Of a stretch of 64,000 nucleotides of DNA, positions 8,942-26,435 are shown in pieces. The notes below the pieces were generated by a model that searched no databases, was not told the origin of the DNA, and saw only the letters and a program-made list of their open reading frames with translations. Each line of letters opens with the position of its first letter. Position 1 is the stretch's first letter. This DNA comes from Antechinus flavipes (lineage: Eukaryota). The stretch is taken from positions 110,980,001 through 111,044,000 of the forward strand of contig NC_067401.1 in assembly GCF_016432865.1 (NCBI RefSeq), in the 5' to 3' direction. A program made the position numbers and the translations under genes.

Positions 8942-11900
8942 TCAATCCAGCTTGGAGAAGCCCCCGATTGTGACTTTCCTCTCAGGCTTGATACCCACCG
9001 GCTCTTGCAGCTGGACCGCACCACCCCCGATAAAGCAGAAGGCCGGACATACAGGCCCCGAGCAGTCCAGCGGGCACTCCAGCAGCCCGCGGAAAGACAC
9101 AGCATCGAGGAAGGAGACCCGACCCCGCTCATAGTCCAGGCAGATGCCCAGGCGGGGGGGCAGAGGGACGGTGCAGCCAGCCCCAGGCCCGTCTCGGCCC
9201 GTCAGCCCCGCCCCGCCACTGCCGCCGGCTCCCAGAAGGATCTTGCCCATGCCGATGGTCAGGAAGGCGAAAGGGGGAGATGCTTCCACGGTAGCGTCTT
9301 CTGCTCCACTGTCATGGCCACTGTCTGGGTCGTACCTGGGGAGGGTCCAAAGCGAAGGGCTGATGATGGATGACGGGATCAGGGACCGACCATCCTCTTC
9401 TCCTCCCTGCCATTGTCTCCTCCTATGTTCCCTTCCTAAATCCCTCCCCGCAAAGGATCATTATATGTATATAATATATATTATAACTGGGGCCTTAGAA
9501 AGAATCCAGCTCAAGCCCCTCCTTTTATAGTTAAGAAAGTTCCCCCAAATTCTCTGAGTAGGGGAGCCGAGCTCGCCTGAGCCCCGGGCCCCTTCCCTTT
9601 AGTCCTTAGCCTGCTGCCACAGCCTCTCCCGCCCCCAAGGCCTGGGTTTCCACATGCCCATGGGGCCAAATTGCTCCGTCCCCTTGTCTGCCCCCCCCAG
9701 CCCTCCTGGGCCCCGGTGCGCTCCCCCCCCCAGTCCCGCTCTAAGGCCTGACCTGGGGCTGACCACGTCTGGGGCACCCTGGAAATTCTCCTGCAGTTTG
9801 CTCTCTAGCCCAACACCCACTTTGACCAGGTAGGAGGCTGGATCCACTGCACAGGCCCAGTAGCTGCGGCCCTGGGTCACGGCCACGTCACCCAGCACGA
9901 TGTCCACGCTCAGATGGCAGCCCGTCAGCAGTCGCTCGGCTGCCAGGAGCAGAGGCACTCCCGGTATGCTGCGAACTGCCCGTTGGTCCTTGCTGATGGC
10001 CAGCCGCTCTCTGCTAGAGCCCCAGCGCCCGTCCAGGAAGAAGTGCAGCACTGGGGGAGAGTGGGCAAGATCGGAAGAACAGGAGGATGGGGAAAGCAGG
10101 AGCAAAGCATGGGGAGGGGACTCGGGGAATTGTCAGTGCCCAGGGAGGTCGGGGTTTCAGCAAGACGTCAGTCCAAATTCAAAGGGAGCAGGAGGAAGGG
10201 GAGCATCCTCTGGGAGAATGTCCCCCGGCTGTCTCCTCATTTCAAGCCAGACTGATGGGAGGGGAGGAGGGAAGGGACCATAATGGAGGGGCAGGCCTGG
10301 GCACAATGCCTGAGCCGGATGGTTTGGGTGCGATGCTCAAGCGGGGTAGAAAGAGAGAGGAAACCTGGAGATTTAATTCCTAGGACAGACAGTGGGACAT
10401 GAGGGGAAATAGGAATGGGGAGTGAGTATGAAGATAGAAGGCAAAGGATGGGTGTGGGACCCCAGGAAGAATGTTTATGCAAGAGTACAAGTCATTCCCC
10501 CACCCTGAGCCCCAGACCCCAACCACTCCTCTGCTGTCTCTAGTAACGGGTACTCTCCTGAGCCCAATAGGTGGGACCCTCTGCCTCTATCCCATCGCAC
10601 ATATTTTCCCATGGCTAAGAGTCCCTGTGTCCATCCCTTAGTTTCTCTTTCATTTTCACCTCCATCTCTTTTCTTTGTGACAACAAACCGGACAAGCTCA
10701 CTTCCTAGTGCTTTAGATTTAAATCATCAGATATTTACAAAGTCCTTTTACGACCCTTATCTTGTTTAAATCTTATAATAACATGACAGAATAGATTAGA
10801 TGCCTTATGGTAACATGGGAATTTATTGAGATTTTGATAGTCATGTGGGGTGAGGTGACTGGATCTCTCATTTCAATGATATATAAGAACTCCTACTAAT
10901 CCAGATTATCGACTGTTTGACCCATATAGTTTGAGAATTTTTGGGGGCACTGAGTGGTGAATTACCCAGCATCACATGGCCAGCAGACTTTAGGGGTGAA
11001 AATGGATCACATGGCCAAGTAGGCTTTAGAAGTGAAACTGGGATCAAGCTCTTCCCAAGTCACAGGCCAGCTCTCTCTCCACTTTGCCCTCACTGCTATT
11101 GTCCCCAATTTGCAGATGGGAAAACTAAGATTTAAATAGTTTCAGTGAGTTGCCCATGGGTCATTGATTGAAAAAACAGATTTAGAGTAGCGATTTATCG
11201 CTTCTTATAAAAAGTCTCACATTTACAGAATGCTTTAAGGTTTGCAAAACACTTTCCCCAGAACTCCATGAGACTGGCAGGATAGAGCATGAACAAATAA
11301 GGAAAACCTGGGGCACAGAGAGGCTAAGTGATTTGCCCAAGATTACACAGCTAGTGTCAGAGGATTAAAAATCTAGATTTCTGCTGTCTCCAAGTCCAAA
11401 GCTCTTCCCACAGGACCAAGCTATCTCTCATATACCCTAAATCCCTAAGTATTTGTTCTCTTAGCATCCATACCTGTCCCAGTCCCCAGCCCTGGCCCAG
11501 CAGCTTACCTGGTGCAGGAGGGGTGTGCAAATGGACATCCTCACTGTACTCTCCATAGCCCGCCTTATTGCAGCCTCTGACCCGAAGCACGTAGACTGAG
11601 CCTGGGTCTGGGTTCTCCAGCAGAGCACTGGTCCCTCTCACCTCTTCTCGCCGCTGCCAGCGGGTAGGGCCTGAGGGATTAGGGACATCTGTGCGCCGGA
11701 ACTCCACAGTGTAGTGCCAAGCAGGAGGGGAGTGTGGGGGCAGCCGCCAGCAGAGGAAAATCTGGTCATAGGCAAAGGTGCGCTGGGTATCGATGACAGG
11801 AGCCTCAGGTACTGCAAGAAGAAAGAGCAGGTCAGGACATATGAGGGCCAGCGATGGGATGGGGGAAAGGGGAAAGGAGAGGGCGGGCAGCGGGAGCCCG

Positions 11901-14900
11901 GAGGGTGAGTGGAAGTGAGGGGTGGGGGATTCCTGAGGAAGGAAGCTGGGAAATGGAGACACTGGCACCCAGGCTGGGACAAGCAGGGAGCAGGCATCTA
12001 GGCGATAGGAAAAGAGAGGTATACAAAATCTAGGGAGGAAGAGGAAGAAGACAGGGAGAAATAGACAAGTGGAAAGTAAAGGATGATAGAGGAAGCACAG
12101 TATTGCAGGGAGAACACTAACTAGCCTGGGAATCGGAGGCAGGATGGACACTCTTCCTAGCTTTGCTGCTACTTAGCAGGATAATTTGAGCAAGTCACTT
12201 GGATCTTAAGGGGCTTCGGATTCCTCATCAGTAAAATGGGGGGGGGGGTCCTGGGCCTATAACTGACCTCTAAGGTCCCCTTTAACCCTAAGTGATGAGT
12301 GGGGACAAGGAAAGAAGACAAGAAAGGAGAGAGAAGGGAAAAGCTCCCTAGTACACAAATCAATAAAAGAATAAGGAGAGGAAGCAAAGAGATGGTGGAA
12401 GGGAGAGAGCAGGGAACAAAAGCGAAAAAAGGAAAGTGAAAATCAGATGGAAGACAAAGGTGAGGTAAGTGAAAGGGGAAAGGCCAGGAGAAAGGAAGCA
12501 GAATTGCTGGCGGAGGAATCAATGGTCACAAGTCAAGAGGGACCATCGAAAGGCCCCATGGTAGGAAAATCAGAGAGGTGGCGAAATGAGGAGAGCTCTG
12601 GGGGTGGGGGAGCAGGGCAGAGTAGGACAGAGGGCCCAGCGGGAGGGCAGGGCCCCCGGGGCAGGGGCCAGTGACTTGCCTGGGGTGCTCCGGAGCAGAC
12701 TCCGCCGTGGCCACAGCCTATAAACAAAGAGAGGGAGAAGCAGCGCTGAGCGGAGCTCAATGGAGCCAGGGTCGGGGGCTGAGCAGGGGCTGGGCGCTGG
12801 GGAGGCTGAGGGCAGGGCAGGGAGGAAGCTCTCTGAAGTGGACACTGCCCCCCGGGCCCGCTGCCAGGAAGAGGGAGGAGAGGTTAGGGGAGGTGGGAGA
12901 GGGGACAGGGTCTGGCCACCTCATTACCTCTTAGGAAGCTGAGCTCAGTCAACAGCTTCATCTCACGCCCCACATCCAGCTGACAGTGGCGAAAGGAGGA
13001 GCTGGTAGCTGGACGGAAGTTCTGAAGAGCCTCGGTTGCGCGGGCGATCCTAGAGAAGGAGGCAGGTGATGGTGGTCAGCAGAGACCTCACACCTCTTGC
13101 ACCCTGGCACCGGACCTGGCTCCCTGGCATCTCATAGATGGCTCTGGCCCTAGCACTGGGTTTCAGAGCCCATCCCACCCCTTAAGCCTCAGTCCTGTTC
13201 TATAATATTTTTCAGAGCATCCAAATAAGCCCTGGAAGCTCAAAGAACCAACTCCACCCTTTCCATTAACACGGGCATCTGCTGTCACTTGTCTGCACAC
13301 GAAGAACTTTAGAGTATTTTTCCTTCCTCCTCCTTTCATGCCCTCCATGTTACTGCCTTGTTCTCAGCCCTGCCCCGCTCTGGAGAAGGGCTTCCTCGCA
13401 CGGTGCCCGGTGAGTACCTGTGGTGTAGTTGCTTGGCAGCCTGTACAAAACAAGGCTGGTCAGTCTCTTTGAGGACCTCCTGAGCATAGCCCACTAGTCC
13501 CGAGCCATCCAGCAGGCTCCGGTGCTCCTGGAGCTGGGCCCCGAGCCGGGCTAGCCGTTCCTGCTGGCATTCATCAATGGCCTGCAGCAGAGTTGCCCGC
13601 TTCTCCTCCAGCACTGCACCCAGCCCCCGCACCAGCTGAGCCACTTCCTCCTTTGCTTGCTGACCACTCACCTGCCCAAGGGAAGAGAAGGGCACAAGGA
13701 ACATGATTTTCCATCTTTCTTCCACTGGGCCCTTCCCCAACTTTTTGGGCATCCAGCATCACTGCTAGTTCCCTAAGTATATGAATTAACACTATCTTCA
13801 CCTCGAGAGGTAAAGGGACAAGATGCACGGCCCCTCGGTGGACCCTTGCTCACTCATGCCAGACACTTCGCCTGTATCATTGCCCATTCCCCTAGGCTTC
13901 CAAAACAAACAACTTGGCAGAAAACATCAATGCTACAGCTATCCAACAGCTATGCCAACTTTCTGGGCACCTGTGCCAACCTTTGGGGGCTGAATATTAA
14001 TTCTTAGGGTATTTATGCTACTTCCCTTTGGGACTTTCCCTAGACTACCTGTCCCTATTTGCATCTTTCTATTCACTAGAATCCACGTCAACCTTGCCAC
14101 ATGCACCAAAGTATCCGACAACTTTTGCTTACTTATCACCTCAGACAATTCCAAGGCACCCTAAAGTTATCTCCTTTCAGAACCATCAGAGCTCTGTGAC
14201 ACTTTAGCCAGCCCTACCCACCCTGCCCTGGCACCACGCCTGCCCCTGTGCCCTCCCTCACCTCTGTGTGCCTCACTGTCTCCTCCAGCTCACAGATCTG
14301 GGTTTGTACAGTGTCCTGATTTCCCAAAATATATGTCAGGCTCTTTGTCAGTTTCTCCTGTGAAGGAAGAGAGAAGCGGGCATTATGCCCGGGCACAGGA
14401 GGAGTTTTTGCCCCCGTGGTGAGAAAGATCAGATCAGTGTGGCACAGAGTGATTGTGTAGTGGGGTGGGGAGAGGCGAAGAGGAGGGGGCTAAAGAATGA
14501 CGACTACTCACCTTCAGAGCCTGGTAGGCACTGAGCACGGGTGTAATCTTGTGCCCGCTGTGGGTTCGCCGAACCCGGCAGAGCTGGCACACTAGCCGCT
14601 GGCATGTCTTGCAGTAGTGAGAGACTTCTTCTTTGTGGTCTGGGCACATCAGACCCTGCAGAGAGAAGGCAACGGTATTAAGAAATCCTTCTTAGTCTCC
14701 CAGATGCCTGTGTTTAGGTGCCATAGGCAGAGGTAGCACTTTTCCTGGGAACAGCTGGACTGTAAGAGCCTTAGGGAGCACTACAGCAAGAGGGGCTTTT
14801 TTTAGGTGCAAGGAGGAATCTAAAATTAAGAGCATCATTTTGGGTAGTAATGGGTGCCCTTCAAATACAGGATGGGATTCTGGGTAGCACTTAGCACCAA

Positions 14901-17847
14901 ACTGCTTATCCAGTTCTTTGTTTGAGTACATCACCGATACTTTATCAGTGGCAAAGATATCAATTGGGTGTGTTTCTGTGCGGGCATACAGGCACACACT
15001 GCGTTTTTATATAAACATCTAATCATTTGCAGATTGCTCGATGATTCTCTGGGTGCCCACATATCCAAGGCCCTTGGTAGCAAGGAAGCACCATACTGCA
15101 GTTGACATAATGCTATACAGAACTTCCCTCTCCTCTAGCTCTTTAGGCATCTGCAGAGGGACCCAGAGGGTTGACTGGCAAGACCTGCTCACCTTCGGGC
15201 GAAAAGTGAGGGTGGGCAAGGTGGGTTCATGCTGGGCCTTCTGAGTGCCCCAGGGGTGGTAGAGCTTGAAGCACTCGTTGCAGAAGGTGGCACGGCACTC
15301 GGTACAGCCCTTGGTGGCCTCCAGAGGTGGGGGTTTACAAAGCTGGCACAAGATGGCACCACCCACACTCACACTCTGACGGTACCGCTCCACAACCCGC
15401 TCTAGAGTCAAGTTACGGAAGAGGCCATTCAGGCCCCGCTCGCCCAGCTCCACATCACCCTGGCATGCTGGGCATGGGAACATCACAATCTGGGGGTGCA
15501 AGGCTCCCCGTTTCCGGCCAGGGTATGTTCCAAAACCTGAAGGAGAGCATGAGGAGGGAGATGGAGAGAGGGGAAAGGGGGTATGTGTTAATTCCAATCC
15601 TCAAACCACAGCTGGTGCCACAGCTGGGACACAAAGAAAATTATCCCCTAAACAGGTGCCTTTTCATCAGCAGAAACCAAAATATCACTAGACAAGGAGA
15701 CAGAGAAGACATTTGTCCCTCACTTCCTTTTCCCCTCATTTCTCAGGCAGACAACCTTTAGCTTTTCTGTACTTCACTCTGACAATTCCTGCTTTATGGT
15801 CGTTTTTGATTATCACCCACCTCCCCACCCAACCTTTCCCACCTGAATTCAGCATCCCCACCTGACTTGAGCAGCCTGTCCAGGCGGTCTGCTTTGGGCA
15901 GAGTTCTACGGCCAAGGCGGGGACTTCGTGTGGAAGGAGTGGAGGCAGGTGAGGTGGGCTCAGAGCTGGGATCCCCAGTGTGGGTCCCATAACCCTGCTG
16001 CCCCAGAACTTCCCTGGCACAGGCCTGGCATACATTGTGGGCACAGGGCAGCACCAGTGGCTGCTTGTACATCTCTTGGCAGACAGGGCACAGCAATTCC
16101 CTCTCCATGTTCTTCATGCTTGTCTGAAGGGATGAAGGAGAAGGGGGAAGAAAGGGAGAAGGGATTTTAAGGGGCCTGGCATTTTTTTCCCTCACCTCAT
16201 TTTAGACCCTTGGATAAAACCGAAGGACTTGATATTTGGATTTTTGTATGAGGTTGGAACGGCTGGGTCAGGATCTCCAGAGAAAAAGGCAGGAAAGGAA
16301 AGAGCCCACTCTTCTCATACAACCACCCACTTCTGCGCTCCCAAGCCCAGTTTCAAGCTAGTAACTGATCTGACCTGCCTTGCACACCCCGAAATACAAC
16401 ACCCCTCTTGCCTCAGTTTCCCTCAGTAAAGGGTCGGCACAGGGAGACCTGTGGGCGGGGCCATGGTTTTCCCCATTCCCATCCCCTCCTCTTTCCTAGC
16501 TCTGCAGCAACCCGGCCGCATTTCTCCGCACCCCCCTCCCCCCTTCCTCACCTGCCCGCCGCCCCCACTCCCCTCTCTCAAGCACGGACGTTTTGCTCAA
16601 GGACACAATCCCTTAGACTGCATGGATCCCAGGCCCAATTCTCTCTAGCGCTCTGCCAGCGGCTGCTCCCTCTCCTGTCCCTGTCCTTTCTAAGGGCTCC
16701 ATTCCCTGTCCTCCTCCTCCTCCCTGACCCTGCAGCGTTTTCAGACCTCCGAACCAATCCGTCTGCTAGCTTCGATCGCCCCTCCGTACGATTCACCTCC
16801 CACCGTCGCCATCCCACTGTATCGCTTTCTGCCCCGCCTCCCATCCTCCAACAGCACAGCATCCCTAGCTGCCCCCCAAGGGAGCTGGGGGTAACGAGGG
16901 CCCCGCCCCCTCCCCCTCCCCACCGGAAGTAGCCTCTCCCATTTTCAGTGGTAGTGGGGGGCCCCCAGCTGTCCCCTCCCTCACGTTCTCCTTCCCAACC
17001 TCACCTTGTTCCCTCTCCTAGCAGCCATCCCGGCCAGGGGCGCAGCTGACACAAAGGAGGGAGGGAAGGAGGTGGGGGGGAGTCGGGTTGGCACCGCCCC
17101 TGGGAGCGCCGGGCACGGGGTTGCCATGACAACCCAGGGCTCGGAGGCGCACGGGGGTGGGGGTGAGAGTAGGGGTGAGGGGCAGCGGGGGTGACATGGG
17201 GTGCGGTCAGGGGAGAGGTGGAAAGCGAGCTTTACACCTCGAGGGGAATCACTTCTATGATCCCCTCATCAGTTCTCCAAGCACACACTCCCCTCCAGAG
17301 TATCCTTGGTCCCCTCTGACATCCCTCCATCCCTCCTGTCAAGCCCCCTTCTCAGTTACCCCAGACCCGAAAACCCCGGGCAGATGCCCTCCGGACCTAT
17401 GCCTTAAGCCGCCGCGTTCCCCCACCTCGACATCTGGCGAGCCTCCCCAGCAGCTGTTCACAGCTTCCCCAAGTCCCATCTCCTAGACGCTTTACTCCAT
17501 TGCAACCCAAAGCCGGTTAGCAGCTTCCCTCTTCACCGCGTGTCCCCTCGTATCTTCTCTTCCCTATCCTTCTTCACACCTGCCCCCAGCTTCGCACCCC
17601 AGTATCTCTCTTACCTTCGGGGCTGCAGCCCGGCATCCGCACCTCCGACAGACCCTCCCCTCCACCTGTTCGGTGGCTGTCGCCAACTCCGGGTCCCTGA
17701 CTCGTCCCCCGGTCCCTCGCCCATGACCACTTCTCCCCAGCTTCCCACCAGTTCCCCACTTTCCCCCCTCCATCCCCAACTCACGCTGATGCGGACCAGC
17801 GCATCCATGATGGAAGTAAAGGTCTGCAAGTCCTCACCCTCAGCCAT
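8942..17847 (-). CDS. TRIM46: Tripartite motif-containing 46 (RING, B-boxes, coiled coil, COS, FN3, SPRY), 759 aa, 10 coding exons
   Basis: complement join(17785-17847,15862-16123,15193-15536,14512-14655,14262-14357,13418-13671,12928-13049,11509-11811,9753-10050,8942-9335), 2280 nt, all GT-AG and in frame. Starts [49 protein letters not shown], ends [12 protein letters not shown]. Confidence 0.97.
11220..11420 (-). mobile_element. MIR-family SINE in TRIM46 intron 8
   Basis: tgctttaaggtttgcaaaacact...gaggctaagtgatttgcccaagattacacagctag, an antisense MIR. Boundaries approximate. Confidence 0.6.
12120..12290 (+). mobile_element. MIR-family SINE in TRIM46 intron 7
   Basis: ctagcctgggaatc...gagcaagtcactt...ttcctcatcagtaaaatggg...ctctaaggtcccc. 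Boundaries approximate. Confidence 0.55.
12680..12717 (-). other. TRIM46: TRIM46 38-nt alternative (poison/NMD) cassette exon with GC-AG donor
   Basis: Acceptor ttctccctctctttgtttatag|GCTGTG; donor CCCCAG|gcaagt. It encodes [13 protein letters not shown] and shifts the next exon into a frame that stops at 11638-11640. Confidence 0.8.
17005..17045 (-). other. TRIM46: TRIM46 candidate alternative 5'/cassette exon (ATG at 17028 gives MAARRGNK in frame with exon 2)
   Basis: Pyrimidine-rich acceptor ...ccctcctttgtgtcag| at 17046; strong Kozak gggATGG; donor AAG|gtgagg at 17004. Confidence 0.55.
17120..17133. promoter_or_regulatory. RFX X-box palindrome in TRIM46 intron 1
   Basis: GTTGCCATGACAAC matches 13 of 14 positions of GTTGCCATGGCAAC. 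Confidence 0.65.
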
Positions 17848-17849
17848 GG

Positions 17850-19282
17850 CTCTCTGGATGCTCCCTGCCCACCCCCACCCCCCAAATTCCCCCCCCTCCT
17901 CCGGTGCCTGATGTGTCCGATCCAGGCTTCGCCTATGAGCCCCCCTAGCTTAATGCAGGAGTCGGGGTGGGGTAGGGGGTGGGGGAGGGAACATTGACTG
18001 GGGGGGGCTTGGGGTGGGGCACCACTGCGCATGCTCCAGGGACCGGCTTCTAACGGCGCGGGGGGGGGGGGGGGGGCGCAGAGAGCAGAGAGGGTGCGGA
18101 AGGTGGTGCCGGGGGTGGCGGGAGGGGGGTGTGATGGAAGAATGGGACTCTCCCCCACGTGGTTCCCCGCGAGGGGGAGGATAACCTAGAAAGTGGGGAG
18201 GCGGAGATTTGGGGAGACTGCTCTTGCTGTGCTGTCATCCTGCTCCCTGAAGCACCTTTACTCCTGTCACATAGCCGTGGTGGGCATGTGCACACCGGCC
18301 GCCGTCCCCCAGTCCTCACCCTTCAGAACTGTCGGACTGGGGGAGGCCGACACCATTCGGGAAGGGAGCGGGGTCGGGGCCGTTGGGGTCCGTAGGGAGG
18401 GGCGACCTGAGTCTTGGAATTCGCTATGCAACAAGCATCGGGGAGGAGTGGGCAGAGTGGGCCCGGGGGGATGGGGGGCGAATTGGACACGCACACATCC
18501 GGGATGATGTAGAGGGAACTGGAGGCAGTGGATCCGGCAGTGCATAGGAGATGAGTACAACGGGCACGGAATGGATGCCTGGGATGCACTAGAACAGGGG
18601 AGAGTGTTCTGTGGACCAGCAGAGTGACAGGGCAGGGGCGGTGGCTAGAGCTCGGATTCCTTGCACTTCTTCCTCCTCTCCGACAGATGGCGACGTTTTC
18701 AGGAGCAAGGAGGAGGAGTCGAAGAGGGGGAGGGAAAGGGGGAAAAAAGGGCCGAATCTTGACGCATGCGCACAACTCTCCGAGTCCGGTTCGGTTTCTT
18801 CCTTTCTCTGGGCAGGGGGTGCCGAGCCGACCCGCACGTGGAGCATCATGGGTAACCGGACCGGGCAGAATCTGGCTGGGATCCCCTGGGAGGGTTGGCT
18901 CGGGTACTGCCTGGGTGGGAGTGGGAGCGCTGCTGAATCGGAGCCCGAGGCCTTGGCAGTGCTGACGTGGCCGGCAAGCTTCCATGGGCAGGGCTTCAGT
19001 CGAGACTGAGCGCTGGAAGGATCCTGGTACACCTCTAATTCCCATTTTACAGATGAGGAAACTGAGGTTCAGAGATCCGAAATGACCGTCCCGAGGCTAC
19101 CTAGAGGCATTCGGGATTCGAACTCAGGGTCAGCGTTCTGCTCTGTGCTGTCTTCTCATAGACTGATTGATTGAATGGGGCATTATCTGGGAAGTGTAGG
19201 TGTTAGTGGGAGAACCGGCCATTACCGGCGCATTATTGAGGAGTTAGCTGGAAACTACACTCGATTATGTTCACTGGAGAAC
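17850..19282. promoter_or_regulatory. TRIM46/KRTCAP2 bidirectional CpG-island promoter
   Basis: Head-to-head ATGs at 17847(-) and 19283(+), CpG-rich. NRF1-like TGCGCATGC at 18026-18034 and CGCATGCGCA at 18763-18772; YY1-like CAGATGGCG at 18684-18692; CACGTG at 18156 and 18835; ZNF143/THAP11-type CTACACTTCCCAGA on minus at 19186-19199. Confidence 0.8.
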
Positions 19283-23942
<4,660 letters not shown>

Positions 23943-23955
23943 CCCTTCAGTGACC

Positions 23956-23961
23956 AATAAA
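23956..23961 (+). terminator. KRTCAP2: KRTCAP2 polyadenylation signal
   Basis: AATAAA 14 nt after the stop codon, followed by GT-rich sequence. Confidence 0.75.
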
Positions 23962-25199
23962 GCGGATTCTTTTGTAACCCAGTGTGTGGTGGTCTATTTT
24001 GGGTCGTGTTAACAGTGGTGTGCTGGTAAATTTTTAACAACTGTCTTTCTGGAGGAAAGAAACCACATGCGTGATATACTTTGAAACGTAATCCTTATTA
24101 TTAACATTTTCTCCATCACTAAATTAAATCTAATCTAGATAGACAACAAAATAGTAAATCAAGCCATGATTTGTATTGTTTGCTGATTTTTGAGATGTAA
24201 ATGCTCACAAGGAACATTTAACAACCAATTCTCTTGAGCAGGTATGAGCTGGTTCCAGCATGCCTGTTAGTGAATAATCTTTATCCAAGATGAACAGAGG
24301 ATTCATGTTTTTTTTTTTTTGTTTGTTTTTTATGGCAGATTTTAGTTGCTTTCCTATGTTTGGATTTTGGGTAGATGACTTGGAAGGAACTTGGAAGGTC
24401 ATCTGGCCCAACACCCTCATTCTATAGATAATGGAAACGAGGTCCCTACAATTTAAGTGGTTTCCCCAAGCTCATGTAGTGAGCAATAGAGCTGGGTTTT
24501 AATCCAGATCTGAATTCAGACATGGCTTCTTTGTGACTCTACTGCCTGCATTTTTCTGTGATCTAACAATTGTTCCACCATTTGCTTGCTTTTGACCTTT
24601 CTTTAGCTCAAGCAGTGATTAGCAATCTTCAGCTCAGAAGGATGAGAACATTATAGATTTTGGAAGAGAAACTAGAACACAGTTCCGACCAAGAAAGAGG
24701 CACTGGGATGGGACAGTGAAAGAAATGTCAATAAGATTCTCTCCTTGATAGAGTCTCCTTCCACAAATCAGCCCTTTCTGACTTCTATTTTGTTCCCACT
24801 TCCCATTCTAGCTGAAGAAATAGCCTCATTAACACTTCATCATCCTGTACCTTTGAGACATTTTTTGCTCCATCCCCTCCTAACTCCATCTTTACCTCTA
24901 CATCCTACTCCCCCAACGTTTAGCCAACTTGACAGCTCTAGCCCTCCTTGAGAAGCATTTTGTCCTATTGGATGAAGTGCAAGCTTTGGAATGAGAAAGA
25001 CCTGCTAACAAGCCACTTTTGACAATAGCTTTGATAGCAGGAACAATTCACCTAAGCTATTTCCTCTGTAAGATGGGCATAATAATGCCTACAACATTTA
25101 TCACACATGATAAGTGCAAATGCTTTAGGAACTTTAAAGCAAAATGTAAATCTAAATTATTTATATGGACAGTAATGCAATCCCAATAAACTTTGGATG

Positions 25200-25440
25200 G
25201 AAAATACCATCTGTATCCAGAGAAAAAACTATGGAGACTGAATGTGAATTGACATATATTCACTTCTCCCCACCCCTGTTTCTTCTAGTGTTTTTTTTTT
25301 TCCCTTTCATGATTTTTGTCTTTTGTTTTTACTTTTCTTTCCCAACATGATTCATAAGAAAATATGCAAAAAATTAGAATATATGTATAACAATTTTTTT
25401 TACATGTAACTGGGGAAAACAAATTAAAAAAAAAAAACTT
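25200..25440 (+). mobile_element. Marsupial L1 3'-UTR fragment
   Basis: ccatctgtatccagagaaaaaactatggagactgaatgtgaatt...aaattaaaaaaaaaaaa. Boundaries approximate. Confidence 0.55.
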
Positions 25441-26419
25441 ATATGGACAGTAAAAAAAGTTTGGCAGAAGGGAAGGAGATGAATTTGAATTTGATTCCTG
25501 ATTCAACCCTTTGCTAGCATGTAAACTAGAGCAAGTCACGTCTCTAGATTTGTTTCTCATCGAGGGTAAACTAAAATATCCCTGAGCTTTGGAAAAATTT
25601 GTAAAAAAAAAAAAAAAAAAGACTACATAAAAAAGAACATGAAAATCTGGCTGTGTATGCTCATAGGTTTAGAAAGTCTTATGATACCCATCCCTACTTC
25701 CATCAAATCACTCCTTACTGTCTTCTATATGTGATACATGGTCCTTGTCTCCCAATCAAGAAACGGGGCATTCTTTGAGGTGAGAAATAATTTCTTCTGA
25801 ATCATTCTGTTCTTTCCCGCCCCAAAATGCACACAGCAGTTTACTTAAATTGTGGAGTCAGAAGAAGAAGATGAAAAAAAATTGCCCTGGTTTACATTCA
25901 GAGGAGAACATATTTTATAGGGAAGGGTTGAGAGGAACAATGTTTTGATCGAGAGGGCTTGGATTTTAATCTTGGGCTCACACAACCCAAGTGACCTTTG
26001 TCAAATTACCTATCCCCTCTGTCCTTCAGTTTATAAATTGTTGAAATGGACTGGACATTCTCTAAGAATCCCTTCCAGCTAAGGGTGTGCTGGAACCAAC
26101 TCTTACCTGCCAGAGAGAATTTGTTGCTATACATTTTGAACATGAACATTTGCACCTTGGAAATCAGCAAATATCACAAAGCAGGAGTTGATTTATTGTT
26201 TAAAGTATCCAGACTTAAGAAAGTGAAAGAGAAAATGTTAGTTTTGCAGATTAAACTTAAAAGTGTGTCGAGCACACATCCCAGCCCGCTTGCCTCCATT
26301 TCCAAATCCTGGGGTCTCATGGATTGTGGTTGTGGGAATTCTGCTATTTCCAAGGACTGCCTGCAGAGGGTGCCTAGAACTCATGTTCATCTTGAAGTTG
26401 TCGCTTGAATATCCTTCAA

Positions 26420-26435
26420 CCATCAGGTGGCACTA
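26420..26435 (+). promoter_or_regulatory. Candidate CTCF site
   Basis: CCATCAGGTGGCACTA has one mismatch to the CTCF core. Confidence 0.4.

Noticed and set aside
11357-12151. 264-aa ORF containing an FN3 domain
   Set aside because: Only 11509-11811 is TRIM46 exon 8; the rest is intronic read-through.
19175-19282. In-frame upstream ATG giving a 36-aa N-terminal extension of KRTCAP2
   Set aside because: It lies upstream of the ZNF143-type promoter motif, so it is probably not transcribed, and it does not resemble the extension once annotated in human.
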